DNA from: Veleropilina oligotropha
Lineage: Eukaryota
Length of the DNA: 64,000 bases
Direction: 5' to 3'
NCBI GenBank assembly: GCA_048128005.1
Contig: JBEUKZ010000010.1
Coordinates: 62,001-126,000, forward strand
The notes beneath the pieces are model-generated. The model made no database searches. It was not told the origin of the DNA and worked only from the letters and a program-made list of their open reading frames with translations. Positions 62,015-64,000 of this stretch are shown here, piece after piece (position 1 is the first letter of the stretch; every line of letters starts with the position of its first letter). A program made the position numbers and the translations under genes.

Positions 62015-62400
62015 AGTTAGACCGCATTTAGAATATGCAGTGCAAGCATGGTGTCCATATCTTGCAAAGGATATTAATATATTCTAGAACAAGTTCAAAG
62101 AAGAGCCACAAAATTGATAGCAGAATTGAGAGAATTACCATATGAGGACAGACTAAGAGCACTGAACCTCACAACATTATTTTGAGAAGGATAGGAGGTG
62201 ATATGATTCAGGTGTTTAAAATGTTTACAGGAAAAGACAACGTTGACAATAGTTTCTTTTTTCAGATAAACCATAATGATAAGCATACCAGGGGGCATCA
62301 ATACAAGATTTACAAAAAACGATTCAGACTAGACGTTAGAAAACACTTATTCTCAAATCGGGTTGTTGATGAATGGAATGCTCTTCCTAATAATGTAGGG
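62015..62400 (+). mobile_element. CR1 LINE ORF2 C-terminal fragment
   Basis: VRPHLEYAVQAWCPY..LEQVQRRATK..YEDRL..GDMIQVFK..TRGH..FSNRVVDEWNALP. Confidence 0.88.
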
Positions 62401-63085
62401 GAATCGACAAGATTTCAAGTGGTTTATGGGGAGTTTTTTGCTTGATATTTTCCTAAAATTATGCTTGTTCTAATTTGACAATTATATCTGACAGCATATA
62501 TTTTACCTAAATTGTTTCAGCCATACATAATACTATCCATAATACAATATAATAATTAAATGATGACTGTCATGCCAATGATTCTCCACCGCGTAACAGC
62601 ATTTTAAAAAACATTTTAAAATATTTGAAAAAAGTAATCTAAAATATTTTAATGTTTTTAAAACCCTGATTAATATGTTTTAGATAATTATTATATCATA
62701 AAATTTGAAGATGCCTGTGTTTGTATATATATTAACACATGAAATTAATTAAGGCTAATTACGTCTTTTTATAAATATGGGGTACTCGTATTTAAAAAAA
62801 TTGCCATTTGCAGTTATCTCCCTTGCTACTTATTGCCACATGGGTTTTCAAGAGCTTCAGAGTGGAAGTAATGTGCTCTCGAAACCCAAACAAATTCAAT
62901 TTAATCTTGTGAATATGTTATTTTAATTTTCTACAAACTGGGGATTACCTATGCGATGCATGATTTCATGTCACTGTGCTTGTTTTCCCACTTTATGAGA
63001 GTTCACTACTGTACACTGTACTGATATCCACAATATGATTTCTTTTTGTGCAATGGATTCATCCCAACTTTTAATTATTCTAATT

Positions 63086-63814
63086 ATTATCCCCCGCAAA
63101 AATATATTTGCGGGGGATATTAAAATGCAGACCGTCCGTCGACATAACTTTTCGAAACTTCCTGGATGTATTAAGTACTCGGTGAACTGGTGCCTTTTGC
63201 TAGTTTCGACGTTGTGCAGCGATCATTAACAGAGTTATTTCCCTTGTTCTAAATTCGTTAAAATTTTCTCTTTTCCGGAGCAATAATTAGCTCATACACC
63301 GCTTGACATAACTTGACGAAACTTGCTGGATATATTAAGTAGTCTGTGCACTGGTGCATTTTGCTAGTTTCGACGTTGTGTGGTGATCATAGACAGAGTT
63401 ATTACCCTTATTGTTCATTTGTTTCGGTTCTCCTTTCCGAAGCGTATCTCATAAACCTCTTGGCATAACTTGATGCGATTTGGTGGGTTTTAAGCAGTTG
63501 TTGAACTGGTGCCTTTCGTTAATTTCTACATTGTACGTAAAATATTCACAGAGTTATTGCCCTTGCTTTAATTTTGTTATTCCCGACTATATCTCATACA
63601 GTGCTTGACTTATCATTACAAAACTTGGTGGGTGTATTCAATAGTTGGTTAACTGGTGCGTTTTCATAATTTTAACGTGGCGTCATGATTAATGACAGAG
63701 TTATTGCCCTTGTTATTATTTAAATCAACAATATTGTTTCAAGAACATGGAGCATATATGGTAATTATTGTGAATGTACCATTGCGGGGGATATTGATGG
63801 CTTTGTCTTCTTGT
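63086..63814 (+). mobile_element. HINE-type element with repeats of about 150 bp
   Basis: 5' hairpin TATCCCCCGCAAA..TTTGCGGGGGATA; CCGTCCGTC; repeated AACTGGTGC..ACAGAGTTATT; 3' TGCGGGGGATA. Confidence 0.7.
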
Positions 63815-64000
63815 TAATTTTGTATTTTCGACTCCTGACACTTTTTCAAAATGGAAGTTCACATCATGTCTAGGTTCATATATTAATCGTAGTGCTTTAA
63901 AATTATCTCCTTGGTAATGCACCTAGTTGATCAGAGATGAGAGCATTACAATCAATATTTGGAGATGGCGCTTTCATCATGCCATACTTCCTTATTTCTT

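Overview
AT-rich eukaryotic DNA from an invertebrate animal, probably a mollusc or other lophotrochozoan (inferred from the repeat families only). It holds three spliced host genes: the 3' part of an otopetrin proton channel (+, three exons, 563-3401), a complete CCDC134 (-, six exons, about 246 aa) and a complete YIPF6 (+, seven exons, about 213 aa). CCDC134 and YIPF6 are head-to-head, with 202 bp between their ATGs. CCDC134 has a U12-type intron followed by a GC-AG intron. The rest is dense, often nested, mobile DNA: CR1/L2/RTE LINEs, tRNA-derived SINEs, several DNA-transposon MITEs, Helitron/Helentron-type elements and a 37-bp minisatellite. Two full-length DIRS1-type tyrosine-recombinase retrotransposons lie 181 bp apart in the last YIPF6 intron. 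The strongest novelty candidates are (i) covarying RNA stems shared by the non-coding leaders and 3' regions of the two DIRS elements, (ii) a DIRS copy with a dead pol frame but an open gag-to-recombinase frame, and (iii) an otopetrin lacking the conserved TM6 glutamate. All coordinates and comparisons were read by eye; no searches were run.
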